Of a stretch of 64,000 nucleotides of DNA, positions 9,156-19,574 are shown one piece after another. The position numbers and the translations under genes were made by a program. Numbering within the stretch: position 1 is the first letter of the stretch; every line of letters starts with the position of its first letter. This stretch comes from a virus: IMG/VR virus record IMGVR_UViG_3300031088_000734; one strand, given 5' to 3'. The notes beneath the pieces are model-generated. The model was not told the DNA's origin. It did not search any database and saw only the letters and a program-made list of their open reading frames with translations.

Positions 9156-12053
9156 TCACGGTGTGCTACATGCTTGATAAAATGCTCCGCTGACCTGTGG
9201 GCCTCTTGTATATAATTTGCCATCCCATCCAGTAATCTGAGTAATATTCATTGCCCCAGTACCCGCATATTGTGGTGATGTTGCTTTTGTTCCTCCATTC
9301 CAAACCACGTTTACTAAGGATTGAGCACCACCTACAACCACTATTTGCCATTGGTTACCTGAATCATATCTACATACAATTGTTGGTTTAGTACCTACTG
9401 CATATTGTGTGTTAGGTTGGTTGGTTAACGTTTGTGACTCAGTTGCTGATGTAGTGTTTCTTATTTCACCAGTAGCCACTTCTTGTATACGATCTTGACG
9501 TGTTCTGGTTTGATTTAAGTAACAATATTGTGTCTGGTAGAATCCAGTTCCAGCATTCACAGTACTTGCATCAGGCGAAAATGCAGAACAACTGTAGAAA
9601 CCACTGCTGTTAGCCCATGCCGTGTAAGTAGAAGCAATCGCTACCCACTGTTCAACTTTAACGTTACCAGACACTTTTGATGTTGCTGCACCAATTGAGT
9701 TTGTAGCTGTTACTGTATAGTTATAAGTTCCTGCAGCTTGTGGTGTTACTGATAAAGCGGCACCTGTTCCTGTTGATACACCAGCTACGGCTACACCAGA
9801 AGCAGCCACATTACCTTTCACTGTGTAGTTTGCAACGTCTGTTCCACTCCATGATAAGGTAAATGCAGATCCATAATTAATAACCGTTGGAGCTGTAATG
9901 GTTCCAATGGTTGGAGCATTAATGACTGTTACTGTTACTGATCTCAATGCACTGTATTTGTTAACACCATTTACCGTTTTAGCTGCAGCCATGTAATAGG
10001 TGTAAGTCCCTGCTGTTGCAGGAGCGGTGCTTGGGAACGTTAAGTTACCATCGTTACCATTTGTTCTTGCCTGACCTATTGCACCTGCACTGATACCACT
10101 GCCCGCAAAGGTTAATGCGGTATTAGGAGCGACACTTATGGCTGTTGCACCATTCACCGTGAATCCACCTAGTGTTGGTATGTTTTCAACAGTTACAGTA
10201 TAGTCGGCATCTAAAGTGGCACCAGCCGCGTTGGTGGCTACCAATTTATAAGAATATGAACCTGCTACACTTGCACTGGTTGAATAACTAGTACTTGTTC
10301 CTAAATCGACTCCGCTAGGACTAACACCCGATGCTGCCACATTACCATATAAGGTATATTTAGTAACGTTTGTACCTGTCCAGTTAGTATTGATCGGTTC
10401 ATTAACAAATACGGCTGCTGGTCTGTTTAATCCACTTATCGTTGGATAATCAACGGTTGTTACTGTTACGCTTTTTAATGAGCTGTCTCTGGTCACACCA
10501 TTGATTGTTTTTGATCCGGCTCCATAATAAGTGACTGCACCAATGCTGGCAGAAGCTTTTGTTGGTAAGCTGGAAGCTGCACCACCAGATGTTTTACCAA
10601 CCAGTGTTGCTCCACTGCTTAATCCGGTACCCACAAATGATAAAGTTTCATTGGGTGATACATTGATGGATGTTTGACCATTTACTGTCATTCCTGTCAT
10701 GGTTGGATCGGCTTCAACACTAACGGTTGTTTTCTTGATAGTTGTTTTGCTGGCTTCGTTAGTACCTGTCAATGTATATTCTAAGCTACCAACTGCTGTT
10801 GGTGTTGTGGTATACGTCAATGCTGTTCCAACATCTTGTGAACCTGTTATTCCAGAACCTGACACACCCGATAATTTGTAATTGCTAATATTTGTCCCTG
10901 TCCAGTTAAACACGATTGGCGTATTTGAAAATGTAGTGGGCACCGTTGAGAAAGTAGATATAGCACCCGCACCTACTACGTTGACAGTAATAGATTTATT
11001 GACTGATTTTCCAGCTCCATTAATACCTGTTAAGACATAATTTTTAGTGCCTGTTATTGCGTCTGCATTAACAGTGTAGGTATCATTAGAAACTGACACT
11101 CCATTGATATTATAACTGTCATTGTTGGTACCTGACCATGTAAAGTTTAATGTATCATTAGGTTCCACCGTTAATGAAGTGTCATTATTGTTTACTTTGT
11201 AAGCTGTAATTGTAGGTAATCCATACACATTGATATTGATTGGATTTGATGTTTTTGTCATACCACTGAAGCTGGTTGTTTTTAAAGTATAACTGAAATC
11301 ACCCACAGTTCCCATTGTCACTACTTTGCTGGTTGCTGTTTTATCGACGTTACCAAACGGGCTTAACTCTAATCCTTCACTGTCATTGATTGACCAGTTA
11401 AATGTAACGTTGTCACCGATGCTCACTTTGTTTTTATCTGAGGTGAAACTACTGATTGCAGAATCTTTAACCACATCAATCATGAGTGAACGACTAGTAT
11501 TATTTTCGTTGTTGTATCCTGTCACATTCAATTTATAGGTGGTGTCATTGACAGGCGATACCGTCAAACTATTACTTAATCCAGTGAGGCTTGTATTTTC
11601 AAGAGATGCTGATTCGGCGTCGGTTACGTTCCATGTCAATTTTGATGATTGACCTTCACCTATTTTAACTTTATCGGCTGTAAAACTAACGACTGGGGTT
11701 GGTTGCACTACTGTTAGTTTTAATGTTTTTTCTTCAATTTTTTTATTGTTGTCAAGTATGATATCGTAGCTTGTCGTCTTCAAAGGCGACAATGGGTACG
11801 AGCCAAATGACTCAGTTTCATTAAAGTTAACATCATTAGAAGTTACTTTTAATGATTTGAGATAATTATAATTCCAGTTAAGTGTTGTTGACTCTCCACG
11901 ATTGATAGTTGCAGGAGCAAGGTTTATCTCACCTGTTATTTCATCAGGAGTGTCTATATTAATTGATCTTGGATCTAATGGAAAATGTACCATGTAGCTT
12001 GCTGATGTTATTGAGATCGCCAATAGAGACATCATCACTATTTTCTTGTTCAT
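9156..12053 (-). CDS. large Ig-like/beta-repeat protein (fibre- or adhesin-like)
   Basis: 965 aa, Thr/Ser/Gly-rich; repeated PTxxxxTVNG..., LxWSGTxVxxY and YTLTATN units; signal-peptide-like N-terminus. Confidence 0.7.
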   Translation of the reverse strand: MNKKIVMMSLLAISITSASYMVHFPLDPRSINIDTPDEITGEINLAPATINRGESTTLNWNYNYLKSLKVTSNDVNFNETESFGSYPLSPLKTTSYDIILDNNKKIEEKTLKLTVVQPTPVVSFTADKVKIGEGQSSKLTWNVTDAESASLENTSLTGLSNSLTVSPVNDTTYKLNVTGYNNENNTSRSLMIDVVKDSAISSFTSDKNKVSIGDNVTFNWSINDSEGLELSPFGNVDKTATSKVVTMGTVGDFSYTLKTTSFSGMTKTSNPININVYGLPTITAYKVNNNDTSLTVEPNDTLNFTWSGTNNDSYNINGVSVSNDTYTVNADAITGTKNYVLTGINGAGKSVNKSITVNVVGAGAISTFSTVPTTFSNTPIVFNWTGTNISNYKLSGVSGSGITGSQDVGTALTYTTTPTAVGSLEYTLTGTNEASKTTIKKTTVSVEADPTMTGMTVNGQTSINVSPNETLSFVGTGLSSGATLVGKTSGGAASSLPTKASASIGAVTYYGAGSKTINGVTRDSSLKSVTVTTVDYPTISGLNRPAAVFVNEPINTNWTGTNVTKYTLYGNVAASGVSPSGVDLGTSTSYSTSASVAGSYSYKLVATNAAGATLDADYTVTVENIPTLGGFTVNGATAISVAPNTALTFAGSGISAGAIGQARTNGNDGNLTFPSTAPATAGTYTYYMAAAKTVNGVNKYSALRSVTVTVINAPTIGTITAPTVINYGSAFTLSWSGTDVANYTVKGNVAASGVAVAGVSTGTGAALSVTPQAAGTYNYTVTATNSIGAATSKVSGNVKVEQWVAIASTYTAWANSSGFYSCSAFSPDASTVNAGTGFYQTQYCYLNQTRTRQDRIQEVATGEIRNTTSATESQTLTNQPNTQYAVGTKPTIVCRYDSGNQWQIVVVGGAQSLVNVVWNGGTKATSPQYAGTGAMNITQITGWDGKLYTRGPQVSGAFYQACSTP

Positions 12054-12171
12054 ATACTTTGTATTTATTATTTTTTAATATTATTATATACTACTAACTA
12101 AAAAAAACAATATGACGATTATCATTTTACTTGATTTTATAACAATTTTAATGTATTATACAGATTAATTA

Positions 12172-12480
12172 ATGGTAGAAAACGGAGATTATATGAACGC
12201 TACTAGTAAATCTAAAGGCTTTATTCGTTTTGCTTTTTGGGGATTTTTTTCCATGTGTTTTCTGTTTGTTCAAACTTTCTTTTATCACATTTACTATAAA
12301 GGTAAATACAAGTTAAAAGAAAGTAAAACTCAGTTATTTATTTTTATTGTGGTTACAATAGTCACATTCAACATTGCTTGTTTGGTTCATTTTTGGAAAC
12401 AAGCCAAAGAAATTTTACCGAAAATCTATCGAATCAGTCAATATCCAGTTGATAACTCAGCTATCGAGATTAAATCATGA
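12172..12480 (+). CDS. hypothetical membrane protein
   Basis: 102 aa, two hydrophobic segments. Confidence 0.7.
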   Translation: MVENGDYMNATSKSKGFIRFAFWGFFSMCFLFVQTFFYHIYYKGKYKLKESKTQLFIFIVVTIVTFNIACLVHFWKQAKEILPKIYRISQYPVDNSAIEIKS

Positions 12481-12815
12481 AGCTTAAATTCTTGTGGTTA
12501 AAGCTTATCTTGAAATTTATAGGCTTTCGTGTTGTGGAAACCCGTCTGGTTGATTCTTTTGGACGTGTATTGAAGTACACCTTAAACAATGACTATAACA
12601 CTCAGTCTGGTCGCTGTGTAAATTATCCATTCCTCAGTATTTCTGTTGAAACATCAGGTATGTATTCAACTCAAATCTACCAAGACAATCCTATTATTGA
12701 AAACAAGGTTTATACAGACACGTCACCTTATTCTCTTATCCAGTTGTGGTTGACTGTTCAACGTCATTATCGATCAATGCGAAAAGATAAATTTAAATGG
12801 AGTAACTTGAATTGA
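12477..12815 (+). CDS. hypothetical protein
   Basis: 112 aa, ATGA overlap with upstream gene. Confidence 0.75.
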   Translation: MKLKFLWLKLILKFIGFRVVETRLVDSFGRVLKYTLNNDYNTQSGRCVNYPFLSISVETSGMYSTQIYQDNPIIENKVYTDTSPYSLIQLWLTVQRHYRSMRKDKFKWSNLN

Positions 12816-13216
12816 ACTATTCCCATGCAGTGATCATAAACGCTAAAATTTTGGAACCCTATCATCATCATAATGAACGGCTTTTCAATAAGTTGCGGGA
12901 AGCTCATGATTATGCTCCACAAGTTGCACAACATATGGCTTATCAGGCTTTACTGGTAGATGACGGTGCTTTTGCTTCGTTGTTCAAAAAGATTACAGCT
13001 TTTGTGTTGAAGAACCCGTATGAACCTTTGACATTGATCGAATATTCTGTCTTGGATAGAGCTGTTGATTTTTACAAAAAAGGCATTGAAGAAACTAAAA
13101 CAGATTTTGCTTCTCGTATGGTTACATCAGATGTTATTACTGCCTATGTTGAGAGTCAGAATTCTACAGTGATATTGGCTAACAAAATTTTGAATAGAAT
13201 ACTTAAAGTTGTGTAA
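12812..13216 (+). CDS. hypothetical protein
   Basis: 134 aa, translationally coupled. Confidence 0.75.
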   Translation: MNYSHAVIINAKILEPYHHHNERLFNKLREAHDYAPQVAQHMAYQALLVDDGAFASLFKKITAFVLKNPYEPLTLIEYSVLDRAVDFYKKGIEETKTDFASRMVTSDVITAYVESQNSTVILANKILNRILKVV

Positions 13217-13646
13217 TTTCAAGCGTTATTTTTTCTCTTTCAACATCTTTGAATAATTGATCGAAATCAAATAATATTTTTGGAATATCCAGCACCTTGT
13301 ATGTTTTTTTCATTTCCATTTTCTCGTAACATGATAAGTTCATGCGAGGATTTTGATGTGTTTTTCTACTATCAATAATAAATACATCGCCATAGTGTAT
13401 CTGTCCTTTATAAATTTCATTAATGTGTGATCTTCCAGTAATAACGTGATAGATATCGTTTTCTTTGTAAATGTATATTCCGAAATAATGTATCAATTCT
13501 AAATCTGAGTGCATTTCTATTCTGGATAAATCTAACATCTTTTCGTAATAGTTTAATTTAAGTTGAATATACGTCTCATAAACACTTTTATCACTTTCTG
13601 TATCAATATTTGTTTGTAATTTTAAAACTCTTGGTGTGACTTTCAT
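13203..13646 (-). CDS. hypothetical protein
   Basis: 147 aa ORF. Confidence 0.7.
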   Translation of the reverse strand: MKVTPRVLKLQTNIDTESDKSVYETYIQLKLNYYEKMLDLSRIEMHSDLELIHYFGIYIYKENDIYHVITGRSHINEIYKGQIHYGDVFIIDSRKTHQNPRMNLSCYEKMEMKKTYKVLDIPKILFDFDQLFKDVEREKITLEITQL

Positions 13647-13800
13647 TATAAGCCTATTTATTTATTAATCTTTTAACGGTATCATTATTTTCTTCTATGT
13701 AAACAGTCTAGTGAAAAATGATTGATAACATTCTCTTTTTGATGTATAATAAATCAAATGTTTTACTAATATTTGTTGGCTTGAAAATTGGGAGATTAAC

Positions 13801-14286
13801 ATGTCTTTGAGCAAGAAAGAAATTGCCGTACAATTGATCGATAAAGCTTTTGAGAAAGGATTGTCCAATAAAGAACCTGATTTTGCATGGGAGTTTTTTT
13901 GGAAATTTGATATATTCAGTAAGATGTCAGATTATAATTTTGAATTGATGCGAAAAGCTCTGGCTGAACAATGTAAAGATTTTGACACAAGTACACTTTT
14001 GGATGAAAAAGATCCTGATATTATTGAGGCTATCAAGGAGCGTAAGAAAGCTTTGAACAAAAAACATGGTATCAAACGTATTAAATTTGCTGATTATCGT
14101 GAACAAATCGTCGCCTTCTTCAAAGAAAAACGCAACATTGATTTTAATTCTTTGGACGAAGCAGCAGCTCAAAAACTCTTGCAGCATGAAGATATCATGA
14201 GTAGTGACACACCTATCTATGATTTCTTGAACATCACACATATGCAGTTTAAATACCTCTATCAACGTGGTAGTGTTTGGAAATAA
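13801..14286 (+). CDS. hypothetical protein
   Basis: 161 aa, GGAG RBS. Confidence 0.8.
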   Translation: MSLSKKEIAVQLIDKAFEKGLSNKEPDFAWEFFWKFDIFSKMSDYNFELMRKALAEQCKDFDTSTLLDEKDPDIIEAIKERKKALNKKHGIKRIKFADYREQIVAFFKEKRNIDFNSLDEAAAQKLLQHEDIMSSDTPIYDFLNITHMQFKYLYQRGSVWK

Positions 14287-14376
14287 CACCTTTTAATTTT
14301 CGTCTTTTGTTGATAACTTATTGACTTAACGCTTTAATGCCTTAGACTTTAGTTATTAACAAAAAATTTGAATTGA

Positions 14377-14898
14377 ATGTTTCAATTAATAATAAAGCTT
14401 ATTTTGGTCAGTTTTTATGCTCTATTGACAGCTTGTAGTCCTAATGGTCATTTGACTGAGAATTTAGAACCGCAAGGTAAAGCTTTTTTCGATCCAGAAA
14501 ATAGATCTCTGCTGGGTTATAAGCTGTATGAAAAAATGGACAATATCTCGAAAGATACCCATTATACTTTTTTGAAAAAAGAAGATGATGTCACTTATTA
14601 TACTGTTAACAATCAAAAAAATGATCCTCGACAGTTATTGCTAACGATCAGTGTGCGAAATGACAAAATCTATTCGATAGAAACTCGTTATGAATATCCA
14701 CATTTCAGTAGTTGTAATGCGGCCACTCAACAAATCTATGATGAGACAAACGCTTTCTTTCCACTTGCAAAAAGACCTGATGTTAATGATAAAGGATATC
14801 ATTTCGATGGTGTTCATAAGAATTTAATCTTTGTAACCGCCTGTACTGACCTTATTGAAAATGATAAAATTATCCATAGCAGTCTCTATACACGATAG
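14377..14898 (+). CDS. putative lipoprotein
   Basis: 173 aa; hydrophobic N-terminus with LTA|C lipobox; TAG stop. Confidence 0.75.
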   Translation: MFQLIIKLILVSFYALLTACSPNGHLTENLEPQGKAFFDPENRSLLGYKLYEKMDNISKDTHYTFLKKEDDVTYYTVNNQKNDPRQLLLTISVRNDKIYSIETRYEYPHFSSCNAATQQIYDETNAFFPLAKRPDVNDKGYHFDGVHKNLIFVTACTDLIENDKIIHSSLYTR

Positions 14899-14956
14899 AT
14901 GGTTCTTGACTGACGGTGTAATTCGTTGATACTAGTGTTGGATACTTTTAAAATAT

Positions 14957-15033
14957 CTCTGCGTAGCTCAGTTGGATAGAGTGCCCGCTTCCGAAGCGGA
15001 CGGTCGTTGGTTCGAATCCAACCGTAGAGGCCA
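14957..15033 (+). tRNA. trnR: tRNA-Arg (anticodon CCG)
   Basis: 77-nt cloverleaf: acceptor CTCTGCG/CGTAGAG, D loop with GG and A20, loop TT-CCG-AA, T arm GTTGG-TTCGAAT-CCAAC, encoded CCA. Confidence 0.95.
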
Positions 15034-15054
15034 TATCATTATAGGAGACTACTT

Positions 15055-15399
15055 ATGAGCATTCAAAAATATCTATACCTTGCTGTTCTTATTGATACTT
15101 CGCATGATTCTGTTTGTGTAGCCGCTGTAACCAAAGATACATGGGACAACCACCAGATGTATGACAATACTGGTGATATTGAAGATGTAGTTGCTCGCAT
15201 TCAAGTCTCTGGCTATTTCTTAGAGTCCAGCGGATTAGATTTTTCCTTTCTAGACATCATTGAAAAAAACGAGATCCCTTTAACACCAAAAGATGCCCCT
15301 GCTTTAATGAATGAAATTAAAAAAAGTGGGTTCGTTATCAATCATGATTTTGCTCATAAAATACATGAAGATTCTAATGGACAATATACCGTTCCTTAG
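15055..15399 (+). CDS. hypothetical protein
   Basis: 114 aa, AGGAG RBS directly after tRNA; TAG stop. Confidence 0.8.
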   Translation: MSIQKYLYLAVLIDTSHDSVCVAAVTKDTWDNHQMYDNTGDIEDVVARIQVSGYFLESSGLDFSFLDIIEKNEIPLTPKDAPALMNEIKKSGFVINHDFAHKIHEDSNGQYTVP

Positions 15400-15494
15400 A
15401 CTAAATTTGACAAATCACCTCTAAAAAGAAGCACTTTCTAGTGTTTCACCCTTTGACAATTAATTATAAAGTGATTAAATGAAAATATAAATAA

Positions 15495-15947
15495 TTGTAT
15501 AAATATATGTTTGCACTTATTATTACCATCATCTCAATCGCAATGGTGACTGCCTTGTCAGCCGCCACTCTCTATTACATGAGCACTGTTACACTTTCCC
15601 AAACTGTTAAAGTTGATGCGTCTGTTTTTATTTCAGGGGCTGAACAAATTGCGGCTGCTTTTGTTCTTCATAATCTCAATGGTGTTGATAGCACGCCTAC
15701 GCTGGATAGTTTGTTGCCCGACTACTTAACTATAGTTCCCAACTACAAAGGTGCTGAATATACATTTCATTCAACTTATAAGAACTATTTAACAACTAAT
15801 GTTTCGAAAGATGTGTGCTTGGAATTGAACAGTCGAAATGGAATAACTGATGAGACACCTGATATCACTCAATACACCTACTCTTGTTTGATGAGTGATG
15901 ATATTGAACAGCCGCTGGCGTTTTATAAGGTAATGGATAACCATTGA
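15495..15947 (+). CDS. type IV pilin-like protein
   Basis: 150 aa; long N-terminal hydrophobic helix, amphipathic GAEQIAAAFVL, two C-terminal Cys; no canonical G|FxxxE site. Confidence 0.45.
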   Translation: MYKYMFALIITIISIAMVTALSAATLYYMSTVTLSQTVKVDASVFISGAEQIAAAFVLHNLNGVDSTPTLDSLLPDYLTIVPNYKGAEYTFHSTYKNYLTTNVSKDVCLELNSRNGITDETPDITQYTYSCLMSDDIEQPLAFYKVMDNH

Positions 15948-15949
15948 TT

Positions 15950-16729
15950 TTAGATTCCTGCCATTTCTAATACCGACATATTTTCATTAAGTCCATTATC
16001 AAAAACTCCTTTTAAATATAAATCTTTTAATTCCATGTAAAAAATTTCACAATTTTCTGCTGTTCTTATATCACTTATAGAAAAGTGCGGATATATTTCT
16101 AAAAAGGTTTGATTATATAAAAAAGCTTTCCAACTAATTTTATTAAAAAACTGATCGAATTTGTCAATTTCTCCATGACTGATTATATTTAATGGGTCAA
16201 ATGATCTACTAAAATCAATATTTATTTTTTTTTCTATATTTCCTAGCTCATCAAATTTATATTTAATAATGATTACATCAATATCATCATTATTTATATC
16301 TAAAATTCTACTTATTGAATGCTTAATTTTATTAAATTGTGTATCAATAGTGATATTAAAATCAAACATATTGTGTGTTTCTTTGAAAGTCTCTTTATTA
16401 TCAAAAATGTCTCTTTGACCAATTAATCTATAACCTTCTATTTGTTGATTTTTATCATATTCAAAATGAAGAGTTCCAGCAGAATCTTTAACACCAAATG
16501 TAGAGGAAGCATGATTTTTATCACCCACCATATAACGATTAATTCGAATATTCTCAAAGTTAATCGAATTGTCATAATGTTCATTTATTTCATTTAACCA
16601 ATGGATGATTCTATGTTTAAAATAAAAAATGTATTCAGGTTGCATGGAAACCATACAAATTCGTCTACCTTTTAAGATGGAAAAATCTGGTTTTATGTAG
16701 TCAAATTCAACAGTTTCATCAGTTTTCAT
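15950..16729 (-). CDS. C-terminal-motif family protein (ends VLEMAGI)
   Basis: 259 aa; tandem paralog of 16750-17535. Confidence 0.85.
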   Translation of the reverse strand: MKTDETVEFDYIKPDFSILKGRRICMVSMQPEYIFYFKHRIIHWLNEINEHYDNSINFENIRINRYMVGDKNHASSTFGVKDSAGTLHFEYDKNQQIEGYRLIGQRDIFDNKETFKETHNMFDFNITIDTQFNKIKHSISRILDINNDDIDVIIIKYKFDELGNIEKKINIDFSRSFDPLNIISHGEIDKFDQFFNKISWKAFLYNQTFLEIYPHFSISDIRTAENCEIFYMELKDLYLKGVFDNGLNENMSVLEMAGI

Positions 16730-16749
16730 CTTTGCATAATCCTATTTAA

Positions 16750-17535
16750 TTAAATGGCTGCCATTTTAACGACTTCAAAAATATCATCTAAATCATTGAG
16801 AAGACCATTCTCATAAAGGTTTCTTAATTCATCATAAAATACCATTAACGTTTCATCACTGTTTATTTTTCTAACTTTAAATTGAGGCATGGCTTCTAAA
16901 AATGCGTTAGGTGATACAGCGAGTTTATCAACAATATTGTTAAAAAAGTTATCAAATTCATACGTGTTATCAACATTTTTTTTTCTGGCTATATATGTGT
17001 TGTCATCACATGTTATAACCAGTGAATCTTTTGTCTTTTCATTGTATTCGTTAAAATAATAATTGATATCTAGACAATGTTTTTCAAGTGTTCCTACATT
17101 TCGTGTTAAACTATAATTTTCTAGTTGCATATATTGGTTAATTTTAATCGTTAAACTGAATAAATAGTAACATTGTAGATAACGATCTTTGTTTCCATAG
17201 ATCTTTTCACGGAAAACAACAGAAGCTTCTTTAAATTGACTATATCTATCATACTCAATATAAATAGTTCCTGTACCTGCTGGTGTTTTTATGTTGATTG
17301 AAAAGTAATTATCTCCACGTAACGCAGTCTCAGCTAAGGACACTGTATTATAGTTAAAAGCTCCATTCGTAGACTGATTTACCTTGTTTAGCCAATCAAT
17401 CACTTTATGAGAGAGAAAGAAATCAAGTTCAGGAGGCACCGAAAAGTTTAAAGCCACTGCCTCCATAACGTTATCTGTATAAAAAACTGGATTTAGAATG
17501 TCCAGCTTAATTAATTCTTCTTTCTCATATGACAT
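16750..17535 (-). CDS. C-terminal-motif family protein (ends VVKMAAI)
   Basis: 261 aa; shares FFxxHxxIxWLNxxN and GTxxxEYD with 15950-16729. Confidence 0.85.
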   Translation of the reverse strand: MSYEKEELIKLDILNPVFYTDNVMEAVALNFSVPPELDFFLSHKVIDWLNKVNQSTNGAFNYNTVSLAETALRGDNYFSINIKTPAGTGTIYIEYDRYSQFKEASVVFREKIYGNKDRYLQCYYLFSLTIKINQYMQLENYSLTRNVGTLEKHCLDINYYFNEYNEKTKDSLVITCDDNTYIARKKNVDNTYEFDNFFNNIVDKLAVSPNAFLEAMPQFKVRKINSDETLMVFYDELRNLYENGLLNDLDDIFEVVKMAAI

Positions 17536-17546
17536 AGAACAACCTC

Positions 17547-18017
17547 TTATACTTCAGTCGGTTGGTTGGATTCACGTTTAACACTTTCTTCGAGCGATTT
17601 ACGGAATTTTTCGACCATGATATCAACCCCATTAGGGTTTTTACGGAAAAAAGCCTCAATACGTTCAACGTTGATTTCATCATCGCCTTTGCGGTTATAA
17701 AACATCAGTTCAGCTACCGCTTGATAAGCCAGTCCAGTCAGATCTTCATCCGTCAGGTCGAAACCTTGCAGAAGATCATGAAGTTTATGAGCATAAGCAT
17801 ATTCAGTGATTGCTCTCACAATCAGTTCGCTACCATTTTCCATGTAATAACCATAGAGCATATGGATATCTTTACGAGCATCTTCTTCCTTTACGACATC
17901 CATAACACTCCAAATGTAGCTACCATTCGAGTTTTTAAGATTATGTTTAACCACAGAAGGTTCATACAAGCCATCAATGAACTCTTTCATTTCTTCATAA
18001 CTCATCATATCTGCCAT
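17547..18017 (-). CDS. hypothetical protein
   Basis: 156 aa ORF with coding-like codon use. Confidence 0.8.
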   Translation of the reverse strand: MADMMSYEEMKEFIDGLYEPSVVKHNLKNSNGSYIWSVMDVVKEEDARKDIHMLYGYYMENGSELIVRAITEYAYAHKLHDLLQGFDLTDEDLTGLAYQAVAELMFYNRKGDDEINVERIEAFFRKNPNGVDIMVEKFRKSLEESVKRESNQPTEV

Positions 18018-18145
18018 GTTCCATCTCCTAAATAATTTCGAGAATTATACCATATAGCTTCACTATTCGCAACGAAAATATAGGCTTGTCATTTGTTGGA
18101 TATTTTGTTAGAATGCACACCACACTTTAAGAGGATACACCTACT

Positions 18146-18469
18146 ATGTCTACACTCATTGACCTTGCTTTGAAAGACGCTGATGATAATTTGAGCCAAA
18201 CATCATCTGCCCAATATCAAATTAAGCACTATTTGGACAGCACTCTTCGTAACCTTCAAGCTGAGTGTGTGACACTGAATAACGTTATTGCAATGTTGGA
18301 CAAAGACAATGAAGCAAATGCTTTGGTAAAACTGAAGCAAGCCGTAGAAATTAATCGTAATCTTTACAGCGAAACGATTAAAATTACTGAGCAACTGGAT
18401 ACCGCCATTAGTTCACTTTCTCGTGGGAAGCGTTGGGTTTCTGCTATTACTGATGAATTAAAATCATAA
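18146..18469 (+). CDS. coiled-coil hypothetical protein
   Basis: 107 aa, GAGGA RBS, TTGTCA-17-TAGAAT promoter. Confidence 0.8.
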   Translation: MSTLIDLALKDADDNLSQTSSAQYQIKHYLDSTLRNLQAECVTLNNVIAMLDKDNEANALVKLKQAVEINRNLYSETIKITEQLDTAISSLSRGKRWVSAITDELKS

Positions 18470-18501
18470 ATGTCAAGATTAATGATTAATAAAAAACCAT
18501 C

Positions 18502-19050
18502 TTAGGATGGTTTTTTTATTGTCGTCATTAATTTTTTTTGATGATTGATGTAGTTAATTAAATTCGCTTCATTTAAACTAATTCTATCTTGTTTTAATTG
18601 AGTGAGTAATTGCTCTTTATTAGTCTCATTCTGATATTTAGTGTTAACTACCTTTAATAGCTCTTTGTATCCCTTGTCAATTTCATCTTGATGATTACTG
18701 TTGAAAAATACAAGTTGGTAACTTGACAATAGTACCAAGTAAAAACACACAACATACTTTATCATTTTTATCCCATGTTTACTTGCAATATTAGACACCA
18801 AAAATGAAATAGTATAAAAAAGTGTTAATGCAACCGATAATACACTGCACAATATTAATATTCTTAATGTTTTATTCGTATTTATCTGATAACTGTATGC
18901 AAATCCATTGATGTGTAAAAAGATATCGCCTATCAATGCGGAAGACATGTAAAATCCAAACATGAAAATCAATCCAGCGATTATCATATTTTTTCTTTTT
19001 ATTTTAAAGATTGATGTATTGCTATCATCTTGTGGGATATTGGGTTCCAT
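18502..19050 (-). CDS. hypothetical membrane protein (3 TM)
   Basis: 182 aa, hydrophobic segments. Confidence 0.7.
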   Translation of the reverse strand: MEPNIPQDDSNTSIFKIKRKNMIIAGLIFMFGFYMSSALIGDIFLHINGFAYSYQINTNKTLRILILCSVLSVALTLFYTISFLVSNIASKHGIKMIKYVVCFYLVLLSSYQLVFFNSNHQDEIDKGYKELLKVVNTKYQNETNKEQLLTQLKQDRISLNEANLINYINHQKKLMTTIKKPS

Positions 19051-19181
19051 TTTAATACTCAGTTATTCTTACGATTATACGAAGTATTTCATGCAAAGAA
19101 TAAAAGTCAAATCATTAAATTACATTATTTAATCAAATTTATCAAAATCAAGACGAAAAAAAAGGAACTCTTTCAAGTTCC

Positions 19182-19574
19182 TCATTCTTGTCTTACCGAT
19201 ACCGACACTGACTCAGAGTAATAACCGTTTGATGACCCGAAGAATCGTAATACCACCAATCCTCGTTCAGTCGCCATTCGATAATAAGTCCAAGTAAATG
19301 ATTCGCCCTGATAGCAAGATGCTCCAACAACTTCATCATTGCTACAAGTTTCCTCAGCCATAACGACAGTGTGTCCGATTAAATCATCAATGTCGCCAAT
19401 GATCTCTTCCAAATACACATCTTCACAGCAATCTTGGTTATGATAGAACGTAAACACTAAACCACTTGCTGTACGTACTACAAACTCTTCATCGTGACGG
19501 TTACCGCTCACAGATACGATAGTTTCACCCACCATTCTGTTCAATGTTTCGTTTACTTCGTTTTGCATATTCAT
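19182..19574 (-). CDS. phage-type hypothetical protein
   Basis: 130 aa, AGGAG RBS; HNQDCCEDV and GSSNGYYSE motifs. Confidence 0.8.
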   Translation of the reverse strand: MNMQNEVNETLNRMVGETIVSVSGNRHDEEFVVRTASGLVFTFYHNQDCCEDVYLEEIIGDIDDLIGHTVVMAEETCSNDEVVGASCYQGESFTWTYYRMATERGLVVLRFFGSSNGYYSESVSVSVRQE

